From the human T2T-CHM13v2.0 reference genome, Homo sapiens, in the NCBI RefSeq assembly GCF_009914755.1, contig NC_060930.1: DNA of 64,000 nt. One strand, written 5' to 3'. Within the stretch, counting starts at the first letter, position 1. Each line of letters begins with the position of its first letter. The notes beneath the pieces were generated by a model. It did no database searches, had not been told where the DNA came from, and saw only the letters and a program-made list of their open reading frames with translations. Shown piece by piece: positions 29,241-43,024 of the stretch. The position numbers and the translations under genes are program-made.

Positions 29241-32200
29241 AGAACTAAAAATCAGGTAAGGACTCATGGTATCTGATTTTAACTTCATATCACTGAAAAG
29301 AATAGGAAACAGTCTTGAATTGTCAATGCCACCCCTCTCCCATTCCCCCACAGCACCTGCACAGCTCAGAGAAATCTGTGCTCTTGAAGGGGGAGAGTGC
29401 AGTGAATATGAGACTTCACATTAAACTCAGTGCTTCCTGGTTACAGTGGAAAGCAAAACCAAGTGGAACTCAGCCGATGCCCACACAAGCAGGGAGCATG
29501 CAGATCAACCCTAGCCAGAAGGGAATCGCCCATCCCAGTGGTGGGAACTTGAGTTCAGTCAAGCTTTGTTACTGTGGGCTGAAGTGCTCTGGGGCCATAA
29601 AAAAACTTGAAACAACCTAGACCACAGAGACTGCAAGTCTTAATGCTGAGCTGGGCTTGGAGCAAGTGGACTTGGGGGTGATGCAACCTACTGAGACACT
29701 AGCTGGGGCAGCTAAGGGAGTGCTTGTGCCACCCCTCCCCCAACTCTAGGCAACACAACTCCAAAAGAGACCCCTTCCTTTCACTTGAAGAGAGGAGAGG
29801 GAAGAGTAAAGAGGATTTTTATTTTGAATCTTGAATACTAGCTCGGCCACAGTATGACAGAGAACTGATCAGGGTTGTGAGGCCCCATTCCAGGCCCTAG
29901 CTCCTGGATGACATTTGTAGACATATCCTGGACCAGAAGGGAATCTGTTGCCATAAAGGGAAGGACCCAGTCCAGGCAAAGCCTATCATCTGATGACTAA
30001 AGAGCCCCTGGGCCCTGAATAACCAGTAGTGATACCCAGGTAGTGAGCTGTGGGCCTTGGGTGAGATTCTGAGAGTTGCTGACTTCAGCTGAGACACAAC
30101 ACATTTGAAGCTGTGATGGCTATGGTGAGAAACTCCTTTTGCTTGAGGAAAGCAAAGGGAAAAGTAAAGGAGACTTTGTCTTGCACTTTAGGTACTAGCT
30201 TGGTCACAGTTGGGTAGAGCACAAAGCAGGTTCTTTGGTCCCTGAGTCCAGGACTTGGTTTTTAGACAGCATTTCTCGATCTGTCCTGAGCCAAAGGGGT
30301 GCCCACTGCCCTGAAGGGTGAGTCCCAGTCTGGCAGAATTCACCACAAGTTGACTGAAGTGCCCTTGGGCCTCATGTGAACATCAGCGGTAGCTTGGCAG
30401 TACTCCCTATGGGTTTTTGGTGGTTGTGGTCATGGAGTGAAGCTCTTCTGCCTGTGGAAAGGGGAGGGAAGAGTGGGAAGGACTGTTTATCATGGTTCAA
30501 GGACCAGCTAAGCCACATTAGAATAGAATGCCAAGTAGACTGCTAAGGTTTTTAACTCTAGCCCATAGCTCTCAGATGGCATCCCTGGACCCACCCAGTG
30601 GCCGGAGGAAATTGCCACCCTGAAGGGAAGAACACAAGGCTGCTGGCTTTACCAACTGCTGATAGTAGAGCCCTAGGGCCTTGAGCAAACATAGGTGTTG
30701 GCCAAGTATTGGTTACAGTGGACACTGGGTGAGACTCAGGGATGTGCTGGCTTCAGGTCTGACCCAGAGCAGTCTTTGTGATGGTGGCCACAGGGGCGAT
30801 TGTGTCACCTCAGCCCCAGGTGGCTCAGCACAGAGACAGATAGACAGACAGAAAGGGAGAGAGAAAAAGAGGGAGAAAGAGAGACTGACTGACTCCATTT
30901 GTTTAGAAGAAAGTAAGGGAAGAGAAGAGTCTGCCAGGTAATCCAGAGAAGTATTCTGGATCTTATTTAAGACCATCATGCCAGTATGAGTCTATGAGTC
31001 TCCAAGAATAACACAATTACTAGGCTTCAGTCTCCTAATACAGATATGACTTAGATCACAACACCCAAGTCCTTTTGAATGCCTGGAAAGCCTTCCCAAG
31101 AAGGACAGGTAAAAACAAGCCCATGATGTGAAGACTACAATAAATACCTAACTTTTCAATATCCATGCCCAGATACTGACAAGCATCAATAAACATGAAG
31201 ACCATCCAGAAAAACATGACCTCACCAAACAAACTAAATGAGGCACCAGGGATCAATCCTGGTGGAGAAAGAAAGGTATGCGACTTTTTAGACAGACAAT
31301 GCAAAATAGCTGTGTTGAGGAAATTCAATGAGATTTAAGATAACACAGAGAAGGAATTCAGAATGTTATCAGATAAATTTAACAAATAGATTGAACTAAT
31401 TAAAAAGAATCAAGAAGAAGTTCTGGAGTAGAAAAATGCAACTTACACACTAAAGATTGAATCAGAGTCTCTTAATAGGAGAATTGATTAAGCAGAAGAA
31501 TTAGTGGGCTATTTGAAAATACACAGTCAAAGGAGATAAAAACACAAAGAATAATGAAAGAATGAAGCATACATACAAGATCTAGAAAATAGCCTTCAAG
31601 GGGCAAATTTAAGAGTTACAGGCCTTAAAGAGGAGGCAGAGAAAGAGATAAGGGAAGTAAGTACATTCAAAGGGATAATAACAGAGAACTTCCCAAACCT
31701 AGAGAAAGATATCAATATCCAAGTACCAGAAGGTTACAGAAAACCAACCAGATTCCACAGATGAGTACCTCAGGGCATTTAATAATCAAACTTCCAAAGG
31801 TCAAGAATAAAGAAAGGAGCCTAAAAGCACCAACAGAAAAGTAACAAATAACATACAATGGAGATCCAATACACCTAGCAGCAGACTTTTCAGTGGAAAC
31901 CTTACAGGCCAGGAGAGAGTGGCATGACCTATTTAAAATGCTGAAGGAAAAAAAAAAATTTACCCTAGAGTAGTATATCTGGAGAAAATATCCTTCAAAC
32001 ACAAAGAAGAAATAAAGACTTTCCCAGACAAACAACAACTGAGGAATTTCAACACCAGACCTGTCCTTGAAGAAATGCTAAAGAGAGGACTTCAATCAGA
32101 AAGCAAAGAATGTTCATGAGCAATAAGACATCATCTGAAGGTACAAAACTCACCAGCAAAAATAAGTACACAGAAAAATACAGACTATTATAACACTGTA

Positions 32201-35200
32201 ACTGTGGTATGTAAACTACTCTTAAGTAGAAAGACTAAAAGATTAACCAATCAAAAATAACTACAACAACTTTTCAAGACATAGTACAATAAGATATAAA
32301 CAGAAACAACAAAAATTAAAAAGTTAATTAAAAAGTGGGGGACAAAGTTAAAGTGTAGAGTTTTTATTAGTTTTCTTTTTGCTTGTTTGTTTATGCAAGC
32401 AGGGTTTAGTTGTTATCAGCCTAAAATAATGAATTATAAGATAGTTTTTGCAAACCTCATGTTAACAAAAATCATACAACAGGCACAGAAAAAAAAAAAG
32501 CAAGAAATTAAATCATACCACCAGAGGAAATCACCTTTACTAAAAGCAAGACAGGAAGGAAAGAAGGAAGAGAAGACCACAAAACAACCAGGAAACAAAT
32601 AACAAAATGCCAGGAGTAAGCCTTTACTTATCAATAACAACACTGAATATAAGTAAACTCTCCAATAAAAAGATGGAAAAATATATTTTATGTCAATGGA
32701 AACCAAAAAAGAGCAAAGTAGCTAGGCTTATATCATCCAAAATAGATTTAAAGACAAAAACTATACAAAGAGACAAAGAAGGTCATTATATAATGATAAA
32801 AGGGTCCATTCAGCAAAATGATATAATGATTGTAAATATATGTGCACCCAAAACTGGAGCACCCAGATATGTAAAGAAAGTATTATTAAAGAAAGAGATG
32901 AACTCCAATAAAATAATAACTGGAGACTTCAACACCCCACTTTCAGCATTCAACAGATCTTCTAGACAGAAAACAGACAAAGAAACATCAAACTTAATCT
33001 GCACTATGGACCAAATAAACCTAAAAGATACTTACAGAACATTTCATCCAATGGTTGTAGAATACATATTTTTTAAATTTTTAATTTCTTTTCTTTTCTT
33101 TTCTTTTTCTTGCCCTATCTTATGGTGCTGAACAATACATATTCTTCTCAGCACACAGATCATTCTCAATGACAGACCTTCTGTTAACGTCACAAAATAA
33201 GTCTTAAAACACTCAAAACACATTGAAATAACATCAAGCATCTTCTCTGACCACAATGGAATAAAACCTTAAATCAATAACAAGAGGAATTTTGAAAACT
33301 ATACGAATACATGGAAATTAACAATATGCTCCTGAAGGACCAGTGGGTCAATGAAGTCATTAAAAAGTACATTGAAAAATTTCTTGAAACAAATGATAAT
33401 GGAAACACATATACCAAAACCTATGGAATACAGCAAAAGTAGTTCTAGGAGGGAAGTTTATAACTATAAGTGCCTACATCAAAACAGAAGAAAAACCTTC
33501 AATAAACAACCTAATGATTCATCTTAAAGAACTAGGAAAGCAAGAGCAAACCAAACCAAACTCAAAATTAGTAGAAGAAAAGAAATAGTAAAGATCAGAA
33601 CAGAGATAAATGAAATTGAAATGAAGAAAACAATATAAAAGATCGATGAAACAAAATGTTGGTTTTTTTGAAGAGGCAAACAAAATTGACAAATCTTTAG
33701 CCAGAATAACTACGAAAACATGAGAGAATAAATAAATAAAATAAATAAAATCAGAGATGAAAAAGGAGAAATTACAACTGATACTGCAGAAACTCATAGG
33801 ATCATTAATGGCTACTATGAGCAGCTATATGCCAATAAATAGGAAAATCTAGAAGAAATGAATAAATTCATAGACACATACCATGTACCAAAACTGAACC
33901 ATGAAAAAACCCTGAACAGACCAAATGAGATGGAAGCCATAATACAAAGTTCCCCAGTAAAGAAAAGCCCAGGACCTGATGGCTTCACTGCCAAATTCTA
34001 CCAAACATTTAAAGAAGAACTAATACCACTTCTACTCAAACTATTCTGGAAAATAGAGAATGGAATACCTCCAAACTCATTATAGGAGGCCAGAAGTATT
34101 ACCTTGACACCAAAACTAGACAAAGACACATTAAAAAAAGAAAACTACAAGCCAATTATCTCTAAAGAATATTGATTTAGAATTATCAATAAAATACTAG
34201 CAAACTGAATTCAATAACACATTAAAAAGATATTTCTTCATGGCCAAGTAGGATTTATCCCAGGGATACAAGTATGATTCAAAATATACAAATCACTCAG
34301 TGTGAGATATCATATCAACAGAATGAAGGCCAAAAACCACATAAACATTTCAATTAATGTTGGTGCTAAAAATGCATCTGGAAAAATTCAACATCACTTC
34401 ATGATAAAAACCATTACAAAACTGGGTATAGAAGGAACATACCTCAACACAAAAAAAAGCCATATATGATAGACCCATAGCTAGTATCATACTGAATGGG
34501 GAAAAACTAAAAGTCTTTCCTCTAGGATCTGAAACATGACAAGGATGCCCACTGCCACTGTTATTCAACATAGTACTGGAAGTCCTAGCTATAGCAATCA
34601 GACAAGAGAAAGAAATAAAGGGTATCTAAACTGGAAAGGAACAAATCAAGTTATCCTTGTTGGCAGATGATATGATCTTATATTTAGAAAAACCTAAAGA
34701 CTTCAATGAAAAACTATTAGAATTGATAAACAAATTCAGTAAAGTTGCGGGGGACAAAATGAATAAACAAAAATCACTAGGATTTCCATAGCCAGCAGGG
34801 AACAATTTGAAAAATAAATTAAAAATAATCCCATTTACAATAGCTACAAACAGAGTAAAATCACTTAGGAATTTACTTAACTGAGGAAATAAAAGATCTC
34901 TACAATGAAAACTGTAAAACATTGATGCAAGAAATTGAAGAAGACACAAAAAAATGGAAAGATATTTCATGTTCATGGACTGGAAGAATCAATATTGTTA
35001 AAATGTCCACAATACTCAAAGCAATCTACAGATTCAATGCAATCACTGCCTAAACAATGACATTCTTCAGAAATAGAAAAAAAAAATCTTAAAAGTTATA
35101 TGGAACCACAAAAGACCCACAATAGCCAAAGCCATCCTGAGTAAAAAGAACAAAACTGGAGGAATCACATTACCTCACTTCAAATTATACTACAAAGCTA

Positions 35201-36060
35201 TAGTAACCAAAATAGCATGGTACTGGCATAAAACCAGACACACAGACCAATGGAATATAATAGAGAACCCAGAAACAAATCCATACATCTACAGTGAACT
35301 CATTTTTTACAAAAGTGCCAAGAACATATAGTGGGGGAAAGACAGTCTCTTCAATAAATGGTTCTGAGAAAACTGGATATCCATATGCAGAAGAATGAAA
35401 CTAGACCCGTATCTCTAACCATATACAAAAATCAAATAAAAATGGATTAAAAACTTAAATCTAATACCTCAAACTACAAAATTACTGTAAGAAAACATTG
35501 GGGAAACTCTCTAGGACATTGAATTGGGCAAAGATTTCTTGAGTAATATCCCACAAGCACAGGCAACTAAAGTAAAATGGGACAAATGAGATCACATCAA
35601 ATTAAAAGTTTCTGCATAGCAAAGGAAACAATCAACAAAGTGAAGAGACAACTCACAGAATGGAACGATACATTTGCACACTACCAATCTGACAAGAGAT
35701 TAATAACCAGAATACATATGGAGCTCAAACAACTCTATAGGAAAATATCTAATCAACTGATTAAAAAATGGGCAAAAGATATGAGTAGATATTTCTCAAA
35801 AGAATATACACAATTGGCAAACAAGTATATGAAAAGGTGCTTAAAATCATTGATCATCAGAGAAATGCAAATCAAAACTATAACAGGATATCATCTCACA
35901 CCAGTTAAAATGGCTTTTATCCAAAAGACAGGCTAACAAATGCTGGCAAGGAGGTGGAGAAAAGGGAACTCTCTTACACTGTTGGTGGGAATGTAAATTA
36001 GTACAACCAGTATGAAGAACAGTTTGGAGGTTCCTCAAAAAACAAAAAATAGAATTACCA

Positions 36061-36140
36061 GCTGGGCACAGTGGCTTACAGCTGTAATCCCAGCACTTTG
36101 GGAGGCTGAGACAGGTGGATCACTTGAGGTCAGGAGTTCA
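36061..36140 (+). mobile_element. 3'-truncated (tail-less) Alu head inside L1 ORF2
   Basis: First ~80 nt of Alu only; flanked by agaattacca/agaactacca. Confidence 0.85.
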
Positions 36141-37724
36141 AGAACTACCACACAATCCAGCAATCCCACTCCTAGGTAGGTACCCAAAAGAAAAGAAATC
36201 AGTATATCAAAGAGATATCCGCACTCCCATGTTTATTGCAAAACTATTTACGAGAGCCAAGATTTGGAAGCAACCGAAGTGTCCATCAACAGATGAATGA
36301 ATAAAGAAAATGTGGCACATACACACAATGGAATACTTGTCAGCCATAAAACTCAATGAGATCTTGTCATCTGCAACAACATGGATGGAACTGGAGGTCA
36401 TTATGTTAAGTGAAATAAGCCAGGCACAGAAAGACAAACTTTGCATGTTCTCACTTACTTGTGGGATCTAAACATTAAAACAACTGAATTCATGGAGACA
36501 GAGAGTAGAAAGATGGTTACCAAAGGCTGGGAAGAGTAGTGGAGGGATGAGGGAAGTGGGGATGACTAATGGATAAAAAAAAAAAAAGAAAGAATAAGAT
36601 CTAATATTTGCTAGCACAACAGGGTGACTATAGTAAAGAGTAATTTAATTGTACATTTAAAAATAACTAAAAGAGTATAAGTGGATTGTTTGTAACACAA
36701 AGCATAAATGCTTGAGGTGACAGATACCATATTTACCCTTATGTGCTTGTTATGCATTGTATGCCTGTATCAAAATATCTCATGTAACCCATAAATATAT
36801 ATACCTACTATGTACCCATAAAAATTAAGAATAAACAAAATAGGAATTGCAAGGATCTGAAAAAGGCAAGTGTTTGTGAAAACATCTAAAATTGTTTAGA
36901 ATTCTGTCATTAACCTGGGGCTATGTCCTTAAAAATTCTATCCATACCATTTAGATAGCCTGGAGCAGCTGGTTGGAGCTGGAGTTAATGAGGTAAGATG
37001 TGGGAATAAACAGGAAGGGTTTCCTCCACTCAGGGACCAAGGCTATGAAACACTCCTTCCTTATCCTAGTTGAGTATATTTTCCAAGGAAGACTCTTCTG
37101 GAGCATTCTCAGTGAGAGTCAATCCTTAAGTTAGGGGAGAGGCAGAGTTTAGCCAGAGGGCTTAATCTACCAGTAGAACCCTTTGCCACGTTACTACTTT
37201 GGTATGCAGTGTACAGAGTGGATGAGTGCCAGTTGAAATAGAACTGGGAACAGGTACAGGGTGGGAAAGCAATGCTCAGCCAGAGGACTTCTGGGCCTCA
37301 GGCTTGATTCAGTGTGTACCAAGGAATGCCAAAGGCAGATCTTGTTCCTACTGTGCCATTCTGACCAAAGAGGCCCTGACCAAAAGGACGACCATCTAGT
37401 CTCAAAAGAAAGAGATGGTATCCTCCTGACAATCAGCCTCTAAAACTGCAGCACTACTTCTTGTGGAGGTAAGGAAGGCTGCCACTAAGAATGTACATAA
37501 GGGTCTTTAGAGATAGAACAGTGTCTCCCCATTTGTATTCTGCAAACATTAATCCCATAAAATGCCCCTAGAAAAAGTCTCCCTGCTATCAAGTACATTT
37601 GAGAAATACTGTTTACTATGTTCCTCAACTAGGAGGATCACACTACCCCTTAAGCACATGCAAGGGGCTGACAAGTCATGCCACTTAAAAACATCTTACT
37701 TTGTTTAACCAACCTTATTAAAAG

Positions 37725-37975
37725 AGGTTAACATTATTTAGTGGTTAAGAATAGGGGTTCTCGAGCCAGGCCTTGTACTTCATGTTCCTCTACTTATTAG
37801 CTGTGTGAGCTTGGGAATGTTGTGCACCTGTGCTCAGTTTCTGCACCTGTAAAATGTAAACAATAATATACCTTCCTTATGGAGGTATCATGAAAATGAA
37901 ATGAGCTACTAAGTACCAATCACTGAGAACGGTACCTGGAAAACAGAAAGAACTAAAAAAAATTAGCTATTATAA
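37725..37975 (+). mobile_element. MIR
   Basis: gtggttaaga...ttagctgtgtgagcttggg...ctcagtttc. Confidence 0.7.
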
Positions 37976-38006
37976 TTTATATTATTATCTGATTATTAAT
38001 ATCTAA

Positions 38007-38285
38007 TTTTTTTTTTTTGAGATAGGGTCTCACTCTCACCCAAGCTGCAGTGCAGTGGCACAATCATGGCTCACTGCAGGATTGACCTCCAGGGCTCAAG
38101 CAATCCTCCTACTTCAGCCTTCTGAGTAGCTGGAGCTACAGGCATATGCCAGCACATCTGCTAATTTTTTAATTTTTTACATAGATGGTGTCTCATTATG
38201 TTGCCCAGGGTGGACCTGAACTCCTAGGCTCTAGTGATCCTCCTGCTTCAGCCCCCAAAGTGCTGGTATTACAGGTGTGAGCTAC
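38007..38285 (-). mobile_element. AluJ
   Basis: Poly(T) plus reverse Alu with J-type features. Confidence 0.88.
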
Positions 38286-39184
38286 TTTGGAGCAGAGAAA
38301 TGCTAAGTATAGAAAAATCCCCTCTCTACCCAAAGAGAAGTCAACATAGTCTCTGTAGCACAAAAAGCACAACTAAGAAATCAGAATTTCAGTCTCCAAT
38401 ATCAACTTAACATTCTTGGGTATGTGTTTCCTTATCTATAAAAATAAGATTATTAGACTAGTTATTCCTTCTAGTTGCAATAGGCCAGGATTCTAGGAAA
38501 AATACATAGTTGCCATTAAAACCAGCAGCTCTTGCCCAGTCCTGGTTCCAACCTGATTGCTTTTAAGGTTCTACCTTCCAGACATCTTACCTATATTTAA
38601 AGCTGCCATTGCAGGACTTCAGGTTAAGAGCTGGTTGCTGCCCAGCAAGATGGGTATAGAAATGGCCTTGTGCCACCTAACCCCAGAGTTCTGAAGCACA
38701 CAGAGTGAAATAAACTAGCAACGGCAATGACGTCAACAGGCTGCAACTTGCCTCCTCCAGAGGACACCTCTGCACCTCTAATGCCTACTGCGTTGGTTTC
38801 TGGCACAAAAGTTGGGCATCATTCCCATATTCCCTACTGTGGTACTGTGGTCTCCAGTACCCAGAGAGTCCCATCCTATATATTGATCACTTTGCTTATC
38901 TGAATCCTGCCAGCTCTTTCTAAGGGCTGAACTCTTCTTCGAGTTTTTCTCATTTGTACAAAACACCAGGTTGCAGTTTCAATGTGGATACCCATCTGTG
39001 CTCAACTTTGCTGACATATCTTAAATCCAGACCTTATCTGTTGAGTCTAGCACTGCCCCAGCAGAGAAAGGGCTGCTGCTTCTGCCCTGAGTGTATACTG
39101 TACGTACCTCTGTGTAACCCAGCTCAGTCTTTTAGATTTCTAGAATGTCACATGGCTGTGTCCATCTGCATTTTAACTGTGCCT

Positions 39185-39775
39185 TCATCCACCCATCCAG
39201 CCATCTTGCCAGCCATCCAATATTTATTAACTTCTTCCTACATCCAGGCACTATACTAAGTTCTGTTGGCACAATATTGAACAAAAACAGACATTCCCCC
39301 ATTCATTCAGTCAACACATATTTTAGTAGAGGAAAAAGGTGAACAAATAAATGAACAAGATCAAATAGTGGAAAGTGCTATGAAGAAAATTAAACAAGGT
39401 AAGATTACAGAGTAATGGTGATGTGAAGAAGGGGGGTCAGGTTGGGCCTCTCCTCAGAGGGGATACCTGAACTGAGACCTGAACGACAAGAAGCAGGTGG
39501 CCATGCAAAGACCTGGTGCAGAGTATTCTCCCAGTAGCAGGGAAAACAGCCAGTCCACAGATCCTACAGCCAGAACCAGCTCGTGATAAGGACAGGGAGA
39601 TAGAGCCAGTGTGCCTGGAGCAGAGTGAGAGTGAGAGAGCCAGAGATGAGGTCAGAAAGGGAGGCAGGGCCAAGATGTTCCCCGGCCTTATTGGCCAAGA
39701 TAAGGAGTTTGGATTTTATTTTCATTGCAACAGGATGCCATGGAAGAATTTTAAGCAGGAAGCGACATGATAAGG
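39185..39775 (-). mobile_element. L2 3' fragment
   Basis: catcca-type microsatellite start, caatatttatt...ccaggcact and gagtttggattttatt motifs typical of reverse L2. Confidence 0.7.
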
Positions 39776-42419
39776 AATGATAAGTCCATCCATCTTCTTG
39801 GGACCACTGCAACAACTTAGTATATGCTTAGCAATATGTCAGTGAATCTCAATCAAATCCTACATTTTGTTGGCTTATAATTGCATTAGAAATAGTAAGG
39901 TACTATAACAGAGTGGAAGCTATATTTATAACAAAACCACCAAAAGAGATCCCTGTTGGCCTGAGAGAAATGTTACAATGTAATTTAAGAAGTTAGAATT
40001 TCATATTATGTTGTTTTAATTAATAAGATAAACTCTTCTTTTTGAGATTCAGCAGTGATAACAGCTCAAGCAGGAGCACCAAGAGAATCCTAAAATGACA
40101 GCTTTACAGAAAAAGAAGCACTGCTCACAGTGACTCAGCCAGAAAAGTAAGAGAATTGGAAATGTAAAGATAACTTTAACAAGTGTCATTCTGCTATTTT
40201 ATAGCTCTTGCCAATATAGCTCTTAAAAAATGTGCATGAAAGTGAATTTCCAATTTAAAAAAAATCCTAAACACAGGCAAAATTAGAAGCGCCATTCCTC
40301 GCCATTATAATAAATGATGAAGTGGGTGGTACAAAGATGAAAAAGCAGAGCATCTCTTTCTAATCCTGACACACACTTTCCCATTTTCACTGATCCTTCA
40401 TCTTGGAGTGAAGACCTGGGTAGGGAAGATGATTCCTGGTATGTTCCTTATAAGAATACATCTTTCCAGGGGTGACAGCAGGGACCAAACCAGTTCATAA
40501 GATTCTGTCAAGTTTCTCTGTATCTGTGAAACTGGAAAAGCATGTGTGTTTCTGACAATAATATTCAGAAAAGGGACTAAAACCACATGAAGTACAATCA
40601 CCAATAGAAAAGGGCATTGAGTAATTAACATTCAGACCGCTCTAAGAGCTCCTCTAATTAAAGGTGCTAAGACCACACTAATGCCGCCAATTGCAGGCCA
40701 GGCTTCATGCACCTGTGTTTCCATGAGATTGAAATGACATCCTTAAAGGGGGCAAGGCCTTCTGGGTCTCACAGGGAAGAAATATAGATTGGTCTTCCTC
40801 CCAAACCTCCCATATTTGGTTTAGATTACTCTTTTACTTTTAATTTCTTTAAGACTTGTGTTGAGGCTACTTTGTAATAAAATTCCTCTCAAGTTAAATC
40901 ATCCATGGATGACTGTTCTATTTCCCCCAATACGCCGTAAAATCCTTTAAGTCAGAGTCATTTCTCTTGCTGCCCACTCACCCATGGCATGCAAATTTCA
41001 AACAGTACATGAGGGAAGGAGTGAAATATAAAACTATTGTTTTTCAGCTTCACTCCTCAAAGATAACCACTGTTAAGTTTCTTGTCTCTCCCTCCATGAA
41101 CATTTGTGGGCATATACAAACTTTTGCATTATTCAATCCCATAAGCAGAACTTAAAGAAATATGGATAGACAGAATTTTAAGTCATATCTGGTTTAAGGC
41201 AGTGTATGAATAAATAAAATAAATACAAACTACTGCAAAATAAGGGGAGGCTGTGGACATTCCAAGGCAGATCTAATAACCTGCCTCCACCCACCACTCA
41301 CACTCACTCCACCCCCAGGACCTTAGTGGGCACTGCAGTTGGTGGCAGATGGAGTAATCCTGGTGAGTGAGTCCAGTTTGGTCTCTGACCCACTGAGTGT
41401 TTCCTGGCCAATTCAATCCATTGCTCCAGATCTCAATTTCCTCTCCTACAAAATGAGAAGATGTTCTTTAAGGTCCTTTGAGACACCAGGATTGGAGTTG
41501 ACCAATGGGCAGCAAATATAAATAGGCATGCTAAGACCAAAGACTGTACTCTATGAGTGCCTGAGGCTCAGAAAGAGGAAGAGCATCACGGAGACAATCC
41601 ATGTAACAGATTTCCAAGAGGAGAGGAATGTAAATAAGATTGGAGCAGTTTTTTTCTCTCCATTTCTTGAGGTATGATTCATAGGAAAATCCACATCTTG
41701 TTTTACCACATAACAGAGGTACAAAGCAATATACAATGCTCCTGAAGTTTTCTTAGGATACATTAATAACCCTTCAGAAGTAGAAACAACCCATGTTTAT
41801 TTATTTCTCAGCAACGTAGGTTGTATTCCCACCAGCATCCGAGGGCTCGTATTTTCCCATTGTCAAGAGTCGCAGATATGTGCAATTACATATAGTAGTG
41901 ATAGGGCCACAACTTAAGCCACAAGTTAACATTTAATTCTCATTTGACACTCATTTGACAATTAGCTGACTGCGAGGGAGGCGGGGGGTCTTCCTGTTGG
42001 TCATCTTGCTGGCCAGTCTACATTTGCAGAACTGAGTTAGACTAGGAGAACAAATAAATATCAAGGGCAGTAGGGAAGTGATAAGGGAGAGGGCTAAGGA
42101 GAGAGAGGGAAATGGCTCAGAAAGTAGAACCCTGTTAAATAGACCAATCCTGTTAAACATCCATTTGGCAATTTGACTTCAGGCTAACAGCAGCAAAGCC
42201 ACTAATAATGGTTAAGATTCCTGGGTCTCCTGCAAACTTGGGAGAAGGGAGGTGGCATTCACAAGTGTCTACCTGATCTTCTTGCCATTTCCCAGAGGCA
42301 AGATGGGAGCTGGAGAGAAAGCCTGGAGTTATACAGCTGTGAGTTCTGCCACAACTAGACAATTACGTAGTCAATTCTGAGCATCTGTTTGTTCATTTAT
42401 TTAAAAAGAGATAGACAAA

Positions 42420-42855
<436 letters not shown>

Positions 42856-42885
42856 TCACGGCCTAGAAAAGAAGCCATTGCTCAC

Positions 42886-43024
42886 CTGAAAGGAATTCAC
42901 ACGGCGAAGGGATGAAGGCAGATTGGCATTACTCTTTGACAATATCAACAGCAGCTCCAAGCAGGTTGCAGAGGGCAGGGTTAGCGGGTGGACGCTGATG
43001 TCACTTTCCCACAAGCTGACAAGT
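42886..43024 (-). CDS. UBE3D: Internal coding exon (139 bp; enters on the last base of a split codon, exits phase 0) of E3 ubiquitin ligase UBE3D, about aa 337-383; probably exon 9 of 10
   Basis: Minus strand: acceptor ...gtgttccag|A CTT GTC AGC, donor TTT CAG|gtgagc. The 46 codons LVSLWESDISVHPLTLPSATCLELLLILSKSNANLPSSLRRVNSFQ match the UBE3D C-terminus as I recall it (followed by VAFLKM in the last exon, which I did not find in the window). Confidence 0.92.

Noticed and set aside
38624-38966. Minus-strand ORFs and a TGACGTCA (CRE) motif at 38728-38735 in unique sequence
   Set aside because: No convincing splice sites or recognisable protein; a single 8-mer is expected about once by chance in 64 kb.
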